A stretch of DNA of 64,000 nt from contig CAYWKB010000001.1 of NCBI GenBank assembly GCA_964459225.1, positions 289,318 to 353,317 on the forward strand. The letters are read 5' to 3'. This document shows, piece by piece, positions 55,863 through 64,000 of the stretch (its first letter is position 1; every line of letters begins with the position of its first letter). The translations under genes were made by a program, and so were the position numbers. The DNA is from an uncultured Candidatus Saccharibacteria bacterium. GTDB taxonomy: Bacteria; Patescibacteriota; Minisyncoccia; Phycocordibacterales; PALSA-1337. The notes under the pieces are model-generated. The model did no database searches, was not told where the DNA came from, and saw only the letters and a list, made by a program, of their open reading frames with translations.

Positions 55863-56756
55863 TTGACCCCAGATGTTTTAAATGCAGAAAATCGACAATC
55901 AACGATCAGTAATATGAAAATGTACTTTCCTTACATAACTATTTGCGGTATTCCATTTGTCAGTATGGAAAAAATTGCCAAGGCCGGTTTCAATGGTGTC
56001 GAAATACACCTAGCTGGACATCGGAGTCCTAGGACTTTGATGAAAGCCATTAAGAAAGCAGAGAAATTAGGTCTGGAGGTCACACTCCATCAAGCATGGA
56101 GCCTGAGTGAAAATCCTACACATTTTACCAACCATGTACTTAACTGGCTTGGTTGTTTGCCAAAAGACGGTTACACACTTCACGAACATTTTAAAGGTTT
56201 AGAGCGATATCCTAAGGTTGTTTATGCCGATAGGGTTTTGGATGTTGAACAGTACGGTCAGGCTGGGTTAATGGCAGAAGAAAATTTCTGGCTTCAGACC
56301 ATAAGTACTTTTGGTCCTATTGGTAGGCATAAAATGCCATTCGCAATGTTTATTAGTTGTATTGAAAATAAACCTCATCCTTTAGTATTCGATACTCAAC
56401 ATTTCCTTGAGTACTATGAAGGTGTGAGAGGAGTCTCCGGACTTACCTGGTCTACACCCGAAAGACTACTCGGAATACTGATGTTGTATTGGAGTCAGTT
56501 CGGTTCACAGGTTAGAGAAATACACCTTGTGGACTTTGATCATAATCTCGGTCATGACAAGGGTAGAAATGTAATGTTGGGTACAGGCGTACTACCACTA
56601 ATGGATTTCGGTGCACATGTGATGGCAAGTGGTCATTTGCCAAGTATTATCACTCCTGAGGTCAATCCACTGAAGCTTTTAAGGGCTTCTGCTCAAGACC
56701 TTAGGAAAGTTGCAGACTATGCTCGATCGTGTTTCCCTGGTGCTACATGGGAATAG
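55863..56756 (+). CDS. xylose-isomerase-like TIM-barrel protein (AP_endonuc_2 / endonuclease IV-like); start uncertain (TTG 55863 or ATG 55914)
   Basis: AGFNGVEIHL, LGLEVTLHQAW and IHLVDFDHNLGHDKGRNVMLGTG resemble the metal-binding His/Asp/Glu pattern of endonuclease IV/sugar epimerase TIM barrels; elevated GC. Confidence 0.45.
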   Translation: MTPDVLNAENRQSTISNMKMYFPYITICGIPFVSMEKIAKAGFNGVEIHLAGHRSPRTLMKAIKKAEKLGLEVTLHQAWSLSENPTHFTNHVLNWLGCLPKDGYTLHEHFKGLERYPKVVYADRVLDVEQYGQAGLMAEENFWLQTISTFGPIGRHKMPFAMFISCIENKPHPLVFDTQHFLEYYEGVRGVSGLTWSTPERLLGILMLYWSQFGSQVREIHLVDFDHNLGHDKGRNVMLGTGVLPLMDFGAHVMASGHLPSIITPEVNPLKLLRASAQDLRKVADYARSCFPGATWE

Positions 56757-56774
56757 ATCAGGATGCTTTGCGCG

Positions 56775-56808
56775 ATCACCATTCCGGAGACGGGGTGGTG
56801 ATTTTTTA
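56775..56808 (+). terminator. Rho-independent terminator (family member 2; homolog of 55741-55777)
   Basis: atcaccattccg-gaga-cggggtggtgat with U-G pairs at the same two positions, then tttttt; abuts the dnaE stop. Confidence 0.55.
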
Positions 56809-59800
56809 TACCAAAACCTTTACATTATCTATCAAAATACTTTTCTGACCATTTCTTTCTGATACCTTTCCTTTTACCGCCAGACATTTATCAGCCACAA
56901 ATGCAATTTTAAATTGTGCTAGGACTTTTGGAAATACTACTGTATCTATTTCACCTGTAAAATCTGAAACCTTTACAAATGCCATTGCATCTCCTTTTTT
57001 TGTGTTCAAGGATCTTATTTCTGTAACTATACATGCAATCATAACTTCTGTTCCATCTTTTAATTCTTCCTTTAATTTTTTTATATTCATGTCTCGCTTT
57101 TGTATTGTCTCTCTGTATTTATCTAGTGGATGTCCGGAAATATACAATCCTAAAAGCTCTTTTTCCCATGCTAACTTTTCTTTTACATCTGCATTTGGTA
57201 CTTCTTCGAGTTTTAGACTTGGCAGGGTAGATGAATCTGACATTAATCCCCACAGTGAATCTTGATTATCTGCCTGCTTTCCTTTTTCTTTATTATATGC
57301 GAGTAATGTTTCGATATTTCCAAGTAATAGTCCTCTATCATGTCCAAAACTATCCAATGCTCCTGCTTTTATTAGTGCTTCTAATGATTTTTTATTTAGA
57401 TTTTTGTCCTTTACTCTGTCTAGGAAATCCACCAAAGATGTAAATCTTCCACCACGCTTCCTCTCTTCAATTATTGCTGTTGAAATTCCTTGACCAAAGT
57501 TTTTGATTGTTACTAGTCCGAAGCGGATGGTGTCTTTCGGCTCGGGAATAGTGTCTCCTCCTGGCCCTGCGAAACTCGCTTCGCTATCGCTACGCTCAGA
57601 CAGTCCTCGGGCCATCGAAGACACTATTCCCGAGCCTTTGACCACCGTAAACTGACTAAAACTTTCATTTATATCGGGTGGAAGTATGGGAATATTCATT
57701 CTTTTACATTCACCGATTATTTCTGCTATTTTTTCTACATCACCTGCATCTGCTGTAAGTACGGCTGACATATATATAGCAGGGAAATTTGCTTTCATAT
57801 ATGCAGTTTGATATGCGACTAATCCATAACTCGCGGCATGGGACTTATTAAATCCGTAAGCAGCAAAGGGCTCAATTAATTTCCAAAGTGTATTGGCATC
57901 TTTTTTCTTCATTCCATTTTTTACTAGTCCGGACATAAGCTTTTCTTTTTGCTCTTCCATTTCTTTTGGAATCTTTTTTCCCATTGCCTTACGTAGCTTA
58001 TCTGCCTCAAGCCATGAATATCCTCCAAGCTTAATAGCAATCATCATAACGTCATCCTGATAGGTTATAACTCCATAAGACATGTCCAAAATATCTTTCA
58101 TTCTTGGATCCAAATACTCTATTTTTGAATTATCATGCTTTCGTTCTATATATTGAGGAATTGATTCTAGTGGTCCTGGACGATATAGGGCTACCATGGC
58201 GTTTATGTCGTGTATTCTTGATGGCTTTAGATCAACTAGGAATTTTGTCATACCAGTTCCATTTAGCTGGAACACTCCTGTTGTTTCTCCACGAGCCAAC
58301 ATTTCAAATGTCTTTGTATCGTCTCTTGGTATATTTTCAATATCAATTTCAATATTTTCTATTTTCTTTACTCTATCTACCGCATCGGCAAGTATTGAAA
58401 GATTTTTGATTCCCAAAAAGTCGAATTTCAAAAGTCCTACACCGTCTTCACCGACTGCATGCATATCATATTGGGTGATGATTTTTTTGACTGGATTTCC
58501 ATTTGCGTCTTCTTTGCTTTTGGTATCGTATTGAAGTGGTACAAATTCGGTCAGTGGTTCAGGAGCAATAACAACACCGGCAGCGTGAACAGAAATGTGT
58601 CTTGCACAGCCTTCTATTTTTTTTGCCATGTCTATTATTTTTCGTGTATCTTCTTCTTTTTCATACGCTTCTTTTAATTCTGCTACTTCAGTTAGAGCAC
58701 GATCAATAGTCATGGGGAAACCTTGCGCACCAAGAGGAATGAGTTTTGATATTCTATCTGCAACTGCGTACTCATATCCCATAGCACGTGCAATATCACG
58801 CACAGCACCTTTTGCCATCATAGTTCCAAATGTTCCTATTTGCGCCACATGATCATGGCCATACTTTTTTCTTGCATAATCAATAACCTCATCTCGTCTA
58901 TTATCGGCAAAGTCCATATCGATATCGGGAGCTGACGGTCTTTCGGGATTTAGAAATCTTTCGAAGGGAAGTTTAAAGGCAAGCGGATCTACATTTGTAA
59001 TTCTTGTTACATAAGTTGTAAGTGAGCCGGCAACGGAACCTCGAATATTTGTAAGTATTCCATTTTCATGTGCGTATTTTAAAAGATCAGATACCACTAG
59101 GAAATACTGCGCATATCCCTTATCTTTTATAACTTTTAATTCATATTCAAGTCTATCCACAACTTCCTTACTCATTTCCAAACCTCTTTTCGGTATTCCT
59201 TCATATGCCAATCTTTTTAATTCGTCATCATGAGATAGGCCACTTTCAACAATAAATTTTGGAAAATACCATTTACCTAATGTTAATTCTAGATTGCATT
59301 CATTTGCGATTTTCACAGTATTGTCTAGCGCTTCGGGAATATCTCGGAAAAGTTCTTCAGCCTTTTCACTTGAAATAAATGAAAAATCTTCTTCATTTTC
59401 ATCACCATTAATATTTGTATTTGATGAATTCCTATCTGACATATCGCCTGCAGTGTTAACAAGTGTTAGCATTTCACGAGCAGATCTATCATCTGAATTT
59501 ATATAGTAAACATCTTGTCCAGCTACTATTTGTGTATTTGTTTCTTTTGCTAATTTGATTAATTGTTGCATTAAACCTTCATGACCTTGTATTTCATTAT
59601 GTCTTGTTATTTCAATATAAAAATTATCAGCGCCGTATACTTTTTTATAATATTCAATATGTTCTTTTGCTTTTTCTACATTTTTATTTTTCAATGCTGT
59701 TGAAATTTCACTAGAAAAAGAAGGAGCAATACAAATCAAATCAGAATTATATTTTTCTATTAATTCTCTATCAATACGAGGCTTATAATAAAATCCTTCA

Positions 59801-60132
59801 AAATATGAATACGTCACAAGCTTCACAAGATTTTTGTATCCCGCATGATTTTTTGCAAGTAAAACTAGACGATTGCGTCTATTATCAATACCTGCTTGCA
59901 TGTCCTTTCGAGTTCTAATAGCGGTATAGAAATCAACACCGATAATAGGTTTAATACCTTTTTTCTTTGCAGTTTTATAAAATTCAATAGCACCATACAT
60001 ATTACCAGCATCAGTAAGAGCAAGGGCAGGCATATTAAGCTCTTTTGCACGATCAAGTAAATCATCGATTTTAGGCAGGGCATTAAGAAGAGAATAATGA
60101 CTGTGAGTGTGTAGGTGAATAAAGCGAGACAT
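56806..60132 (-). CDS. dnaE: DNA polymerase III alpha subunit
   Basis: 1108 aa; N-terminal PHP domain HLHTHSHYSLL, polymerase core, OB-fold C-terminus. Confidence 0.95.
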   Translation of the reverse strand: MSRFIHLHTHSHYSLLNALPKIDDLLDRAKELNMPALALTDAGNMYGAIEFYKTAKKKGIKPIIGVDFYTAIRTRKDMQAGIDNRRNRLVLLAKNHAGYKNLVKLVTYSYFEGFYYKPRIDRELIEKYNSDLICIAPSFSSEISTALKNKNVEKAKEHIEYYKKVYGADNFYIEITRHNEIQGHEGLMQQLIKLAKETNTQIVAGQDVYYINSDDRSAREMLTLVNTAGDMSDRNSSNTNINGDENEEDFSFISSEKAEELFRDIPEALDNTVKIANECNLELTLGKWYFPKFIVESGLSHDDELKRLAYEGIPKRGLEMSKEVVDRLEYELKVIKDKGYAQYFLVVSDLLKYAHENGILTNIRGSVAGSLTTYVTRITNVDPLAFKLPFERFLNPERPSAPDIDMDFADNRRDEVIDYARKKYGHDHVAQIGTFGTMMAKGAVRDIARAMGYEYAVADRISKLIPLGAQGFPMTIDRALTEVAELKEAYEKEEDTRKIIDMAKKIEGCARHISVHAAGVVIAPEPLTEFVPLQYDTKSKEDANGNPVKKIITQYDMHAVGEDGVGLLKFDFLGIKNLSILADAVDRVKKIENIEIDIENIPRDDTKTFEMLARGETTGVFQLNGTGMTKFLVDLKPSRIHDINAMVALYRPGPLESIPQYIERKHDNSKIEYLDPRMKDILDMSYGVITYQDDVMMIAIKLGGYSWLEADKLRKAMGKKIPKEMEEQKEKLMSGLVKNGMKKKDANTLWKLIEPFAAYGFNKSHAASYGLVAYQTAYMKANFPAIYMSAVLTADAGDVEKIAEIIGECKRMNIPILPPDINESFSQFTVVKGSGIVSSMARGLSERSDSEASFAGPGGDTIPEPKDTIRFGLVTIKNFGQGISTAIIEERKRGGRFTSLVDFLDRVKDKNLNKKSLEALIKAGALDSFGHDRGLLLGNIETLLAYNKEKGKQADNQDSLWGLMSDSSTLPSLKLEEVPNADVKEKLAWEKELLGLYISGHPLDKYRETIQKRDMNIKKLKEELKDGTEVMIACIVTEIRSLNTKKGDAMAFVKVSDFTGEIDTVVFPKVLAQFKIAFVADKCLAVKGKVSERNGQKSILIDNVKVLV

Positions 60133-60270
60133 GGAGGTATTATAGCAAATTGGGGTTATTAGGGAATTTGGGGAAGGGTGCTGAAATGGGAAATAGTTCT
60201 AATTCAATTTAATGTATTTTAAACACTTCTAAAATATGTTTAAAAGTGGTAGGATTTGATTACATAATCT

Positions 60271-63200
60271 ATGGAAGAATATCTCAAAAACGTATCTCTA
60301 AAATTTGCTGATTCTCAAACAAGTGAGATGGGTTATAGAACTGATTTTGAAAATCTCTTAAGGGAGATTTTTACGAAGGAGCAAAAATATCATATTCATC
60401 ATGATGCAAAAGCGGTTGGGGGAAATAAGCCTGACTTTATCGTTCTTAAAGGTGTTGTGCCGGTTCTTTATATTGAAGTAAAAGATATTGGGGTCAATCT
60501 TGATAAAATGGAAAAAAGTAACCAAATGGATCGCTATTTTGGTTATGATAATCTTATACTCACCGATTATGTCGAATTTCGTTTCTATAGAAATGGTGTG
60601 AGATACGGTGAGCCTATCATCATTGCAAGTTTCGATAAAGCTGCCCGCTCTATAACGCTAATTCCTCAACATTTTTCACTACTCACAAAAACTTTAATTG
60701 ATTTTTCTACTTCGCATAAGGAAAAAATAAAAAGAGGAAAACACTTGGCTCAAATCATGGGAGGTAAGGCTCAGCGTATTAGAGATAATGTTATGGAGAT
60801 GTTAACTTCAAAATCAGATAATTACACCCATTTAGGTGATCTAATAAAGATGAGAGATGTTGTAAAAGAATATCTAGTCTCAAGTCTTGATGATGAATCT
60901 TTTGCTGATATGTATGCACAGACTCTAGTCTATGGACTCTTTGCTGCTCGTTATAACGACCCCACTCAAAAAGATTTTTCTCGAACTGAAGCACGAGAAT
61001 TAGTACCAAAGACCAACCCATTCCTAAGATCATTTTTTGATCACATAGCAGGAACATCATTTCCTGAGAGACTTCGATTTATTGTGGATGAATTATGTGA
61101 AGTTTTTACGCACGCTAATGTTCACGAACTTATGCATGAATACTTCACTCAAGGTAAACTTAATGGGGAAGCTTATACAAGTCCTGATCCAGTCATCCAC
61201 TTCTACGAGGATTTCTTGCTTGAGTATGATGCAAAAAAGAAAATGGAAATGGGAGTTTTCTATACTCCAAGGCCAGTTGTTCAATTTATTGTTCGGGCTG
61301 TAGACAGTATTCTTAAAAAAGAATTTGGTCTTGAGAAAGGTTTAATCGATACTACAAAAATTTCAGTTGAGAAAAAAGAAGTAAATGTAAAGGGTAAAGA
61401 GGTAAAGGTAAAAAAAGAATACCATAAGGTACAGTTGCTTGATATTGCAACAGGAACAGGAACATTTCTTAATGAAGTAATTAATTATATTCATAATAGT
61501 TTCAAAGGCCAAGAGGGTCGATGGTCAACATATGTCGAAAATGATCTTTTGCCTCGATTGCATGGATTTGAACTTATGATGGCATCTTACACGATTGCTC
61601 ATTTGAAGCTTGGTATGACCTTACATGATTCAGGCGCTGAAAAGATCGATACTAGACTTGGAGTGTATCTTACAAATACACTCGATGAACCAATAGACTA
61701 TGCTAATCAGAATACTCTATTTGGAATAATGGATAGTATCGCTCAGGAGAGTAAAAATGCCTCAAGAATCAAAAAAGAATACCCGATCATGTGTGTAATA
61801 GGGAACCCACCATATTCTGGTATCTCAATGAATAAGCATTACACAGATAATAGTGTGTATAAAGTTGAACCAGGTGGTTTACAAAAACTTCAGGAGAGGA
61901 AAAATTGGCTTGATGACGATTACGTAAAGTTTATTCGCTTTGCAGAAAGTCTTATTGAAAAAAATGAAGAAGGTGTCGTAGGAATGATTACTGCACATGG
62001 ATACATAGATAATCCAACATTCCGTGGGATGCGTTGGCATTTGAGAAAAACGTTCGACAAAATTTATATTGTTGATTTGCATGGAAATAGTAATAAAAAA
62101 GAAATGAGTCCAGATGGATCAAAAGATGAGAATGTTTTTGATATTAAAACCGGAGTTTCTATTATTTTAGGTGTAAAAAAATCCGGAGAATCTAAAAATA
62201 AAAAGCAAGCACAGATATACCAAACTGATTTTTATGGCACCCGAGAGAATAAATACGAGAAGTTAGATAAGGAAAATCTTGATACAATAAGATGGAATAA
62301 ACTACCTGAAAGTGCAGAAGTTTGGCGTATTGAGGGGGAAGGAAAAGACGAATATCAAAAAGGATTTTCGGTTGCAGAATTATTTCCAAAGAATACTACA
62401 GGGATAGTAACAGCACGAGACGGTCTTGTCATTGATCAAAGCAAAGAAACCCTTCTTAAAAGGATACAAGCTTTTTGTGATGAGACCAAAACGGATCAAG
62501 AAATACGAACTATATTTTTTGGTCAGAAGAAAGAAGGGAAATATAAACCTGGTGATTCTAGAGGATGGAAATTAGATATAGCACGAAAGAAGATAAGAGA
62601 TTATGATCATGAGTTACTTATTCAACCTATTTCTTATAGGCCTTTTGATACAGAGTGTATTTATTACTCTCCAGATATGGTGGACTGGGGAAGATGGGAC
62701 TTGATGCAGAATTTTGTAAATAGGGAAAATGTTGGTCTGATTTTTGCACGTTCGCAAAAAGATCCAAATTATTCCGCTGTATTTATTTCAAAAAATATCA
62801 GTGAAACAAAGTGTGGTGAGGCGAGTACTCAATCTGCAATCGCTCCACTTTATCTATATACTGAGCAGGAAGAAAAGGTACCAAATCTCGATAAAAAAAT
62901 CTGGGAAAAGATAAATGAGATCGTTGGTGAGACAACTCCTGAACACATTTTAGATTATGTGTACGCATATCTTCACTCACCAGGTTATCGAGAAAAGTAT
63001 AAAGAATTCCTGAAGACTGATTTTCCTCGAGTGCCATATCCAAAAAATAAATCTGAATTCTGGAACCTCGTTCCTCTAGGTGAGAAACTCCGTGAGCTGC
63101 ATCTAATGTTATCACCGGAGTGTAATAAAATTATTACTACATATTCTCAGTCAGGGGATAATGTCATCGAGAAAATAAAATATGAAAAAAAGAGAGTGTA

Positions 63201-63402
63201 TATCAATAACACTCAGTATTTTGGAGATGTTCCTGAAGCTGCTTGGAATTTTTATATCGGAGGATATCAACCAGCACAGAAATGGTTAAAGGATAGAAAG
63301 GGTAGGAAACTTTCAAATGAGGATATTGAACATTATCAAAAGATGATAGTGGTGCTTATTGAGACAGATAAAATCATGAAGGAAATTGATAAACTTAACT
63401 AA
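60271..63402 (+). CDS. Type IIG restriction-modification enzyme (MmeI-like fused PD-(D/E)xK endonuclease / gamma-class N6-adenine methyltransferase / TRD)
   Basis: N-terminal PDFIVLKG...YIEVKD (D-x-EVK nuclease motif), MTase motif I DIATGTGTF, FYTPRPVV, motif IV NPPY (VIGNPPYSG); 1043 aa single polypeptide. Confidence 0.7.
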   Translation: MEEYLKNVSLKFADSQTSEMGYRTDFENLLREIFTKEQKYHIHHDAKAVGGNKPDFIVLKGVVPVLYIEVKDIGVNLDKMEKSNQMDRYFGYDNLILTDYVEFRFYRNGVRYGEPIIIASFDKAARSITLIPQHFSLLTKTLIDFSTSHKEKIKRGKHLAQIMGGKAQRIRDNVMEMLTSKSDNYTHLGDLIKMRDVVKEYLVSSLDDESFADMYAQTLVYGLFAARYNDPTQKDFSRTEARELVPKTNPFLRSFFDHIAGTSFPERLRFIVDELCEVFTHANVHELMHEYFTQGKLNGEAYTSPDPVIHFYEDFLLEYDAKKKMEMGVFYTPRPVVQFIVRAVDSILKKEFGLEKGLIDTTKISVEKKEVNVKGKEVKVKKEYHKVQLLDIATGTGTFLNEVINYIHNSFKGQEGRWSTYVENDLLPRLHGFELMMASYTIAHLKLGMTLHDSGAEKIDTRLGVYLTNTLDEPIDYANQNTLFGIMDSIAQESKNASRIKKEYPIMCVIGNPPYSGISMNKHYTDNSVYKVEPGGLQKLQERKNWLDDDYVKFIRFAESLIEKNEEGVVGMITAHGYIDNPTFRGMRWHLRKTFDKIYIVDLHGNSNKKEMSPDGSKDENVFDIKTGVSIILGVKKSGESKNKKQAQIYQTDFYGTRENKYEKLDKENLDTIRWNKLPESAEVWRIEGEGKDEYQKGFSVAELFPKNTTGIVTARDGLVIDQSKETLLKRIQAFCDETKTDQEIRTIFFGQKKEGKYKPGDSRGWKLDIARKKIRDYDHELLIQPISYRPFDTECIYYSPDMVDWGRWDLMQNFVNRENVGLIFARSQKDPNYSAVFISKNISETKCGEASTQSAIAPLYLYTEQEEKVPNLDKKIWEKINEIVGETTPEHILDYVYAYLHSPGYREKYKEFLKTDFPRVPYPKNKSEFWNLVPLGEKLRELHLMLSPECNKIITTYSQSGDNVIEKIKYEKKRVYINNTQYFGDVPEAAWNFYIGGYQPAQKWLKDRKGRKLSNEDIEHYQKMIVVLIETDKIMKEIDKLN

Positions 63403-63405
63403 TTA

Positions 63406-64000
63406 TGAAATTTATCAATGCGCCTCTATCTTACATTGCATATAAATTAAAAGGTAAATCAAAACAATTTTTACTGTTAATTATTACTGCAACATTTGTA
63501 GTATATATTTTTTGTCCAACATTGAGAATGTATATTTTTAAGCAAAATATTGATCCAAATTTTGTACTTGGATTTCTCACAACCATAACTTTAATGATTA
63601 GTATTATACAGTCTTCAAAAGATAGAAAATTAACTTATGATATGGGTATTTCGGAGCAGTTAAGAAATAATGGTTTAGTAATAATAAGTAAATTAGTATT
63701 AATCAAACATAAGAGTCTTGTAATTCTGAATACACTAAAACACTATAAAGATGCAATAAGTAAAAAACAAAAATTTATTGATAGTAATAATATAACCTCA
63801 ATGAAAGATGTAAATGATGGATTTGAATTGGCTGCTACATATGCAGATACATATTTTAAAAAGGAATGCCAGGGATGGAACGAGATGATAGATAAAATAG
63901 GTACTATGGCGACATGTGGTATAAATGTTAATAAAAATTATGAAATGAATTTACAGTTAATCTTGAATGGAGATATTTTTAAGAATGAAACACTGGATAG
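63406..64000 (+). CDS. hypothetical membrane protein, 3' partial (runs off window)
   Basis: ATG 63406 four nt after the RM gene stop; reading frame open to the end of the window; N-terminal TM helices. Confidence 0.4.

Noticed and set aside
55828-55866. 12-codon ORF starting at the ATG inside the -10 element upstream of the TIM-barrel gene
   Set aside because: It overlaps the promoter hexamer and cannot be on the transcript if the promoter call is right. It is ignored.
1-64000. CRISPR arrays, rRNA genes, IS elements/transposases, integrases
   Set aside because: No regularly spaced direct repeats, no rRNA-like conserved stretches and no transposase/integrase-like ORFs were seen. The only repeats are the two two-copy families described.

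Overview
This looks like a low-GC (~30%) compact bacterial chromosome segment, probably a Candidate Phyla Radiation/Patescibacteria-like genome, judging by tight gene packing, N- and C-terminally extended ribosomal proteins and a reduced repertoire. There are no rRNA genes and no CRISPR array; the only tRNA is tRNA-Ala(UGC).

Core genes:
- dnaX (5' partial), a HIT hydrolase, secA and murB.
- tuf followed by an S10-type ribosomal protein operon (rpsJ, rplC, rplD, rplW, rplB, rpsS, rplV, rpsC, rplP, rpmC, rpsQ, rplN, rplX, rplE). It ends at an intrinsic terminator after rplE; S14/S8/L6 and the rest of the spc genes are absent here.
- Convergent trxB, ftsZ, ftsA, ybeY, a probable S21, a divergent HisRS-like paralog, lepB, pth, a short uvrC and ddl.
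- A LexA box and lexA, then ppa and zwf.
- Later ychF, a NUDIX hydrolase, a DEDD 3'-5' exonuclease, canonical hisS, a TruB-like synthase, dnaE and an MmeI-like Type IIG restriction-modification enzyme.

Accessory content:
- Two ~100-nt repeats with identical flanks but different, isostructural central hairpins bracket ddl. This is compensatory change consistent with a structured RNA.
- A tRNA-Ala-adjacent islet carries two diverged 2-TM paralogs behind 104-nt leaders that are identical apart from one substitution (a stop codon in one copy). Each has its own sigma70-like promoter. The islet also holds small terminated genes, a palindromic operator and a 63-aa acidic protein.
- A LexA-box promoter drives a 69-aa ORF co-transcribed with lexA.
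- A GC-rich ncRNA candidate sits at 30.6 kb with a strong terminator.
- A ~10.7-kb surface glycosylation locus (flippase, four glycosyltransferases, GT-C-like membrane proteins, LamG lectin protein).
- A secreted/surface cluster: peptidoglycan-binding, CAP/SCP, Cys-rich and SET-domain proteins.
- A small hydrophobic toxin-like peptide gene.
- A higher-GC DNA-centred module (bPH-AlbA_2 membrane protein, a ParB/DndB-like DGRHR protein and an EndoIV-like TIM-barrel protein with homologous terminators) beside the Type IIG enzyme.
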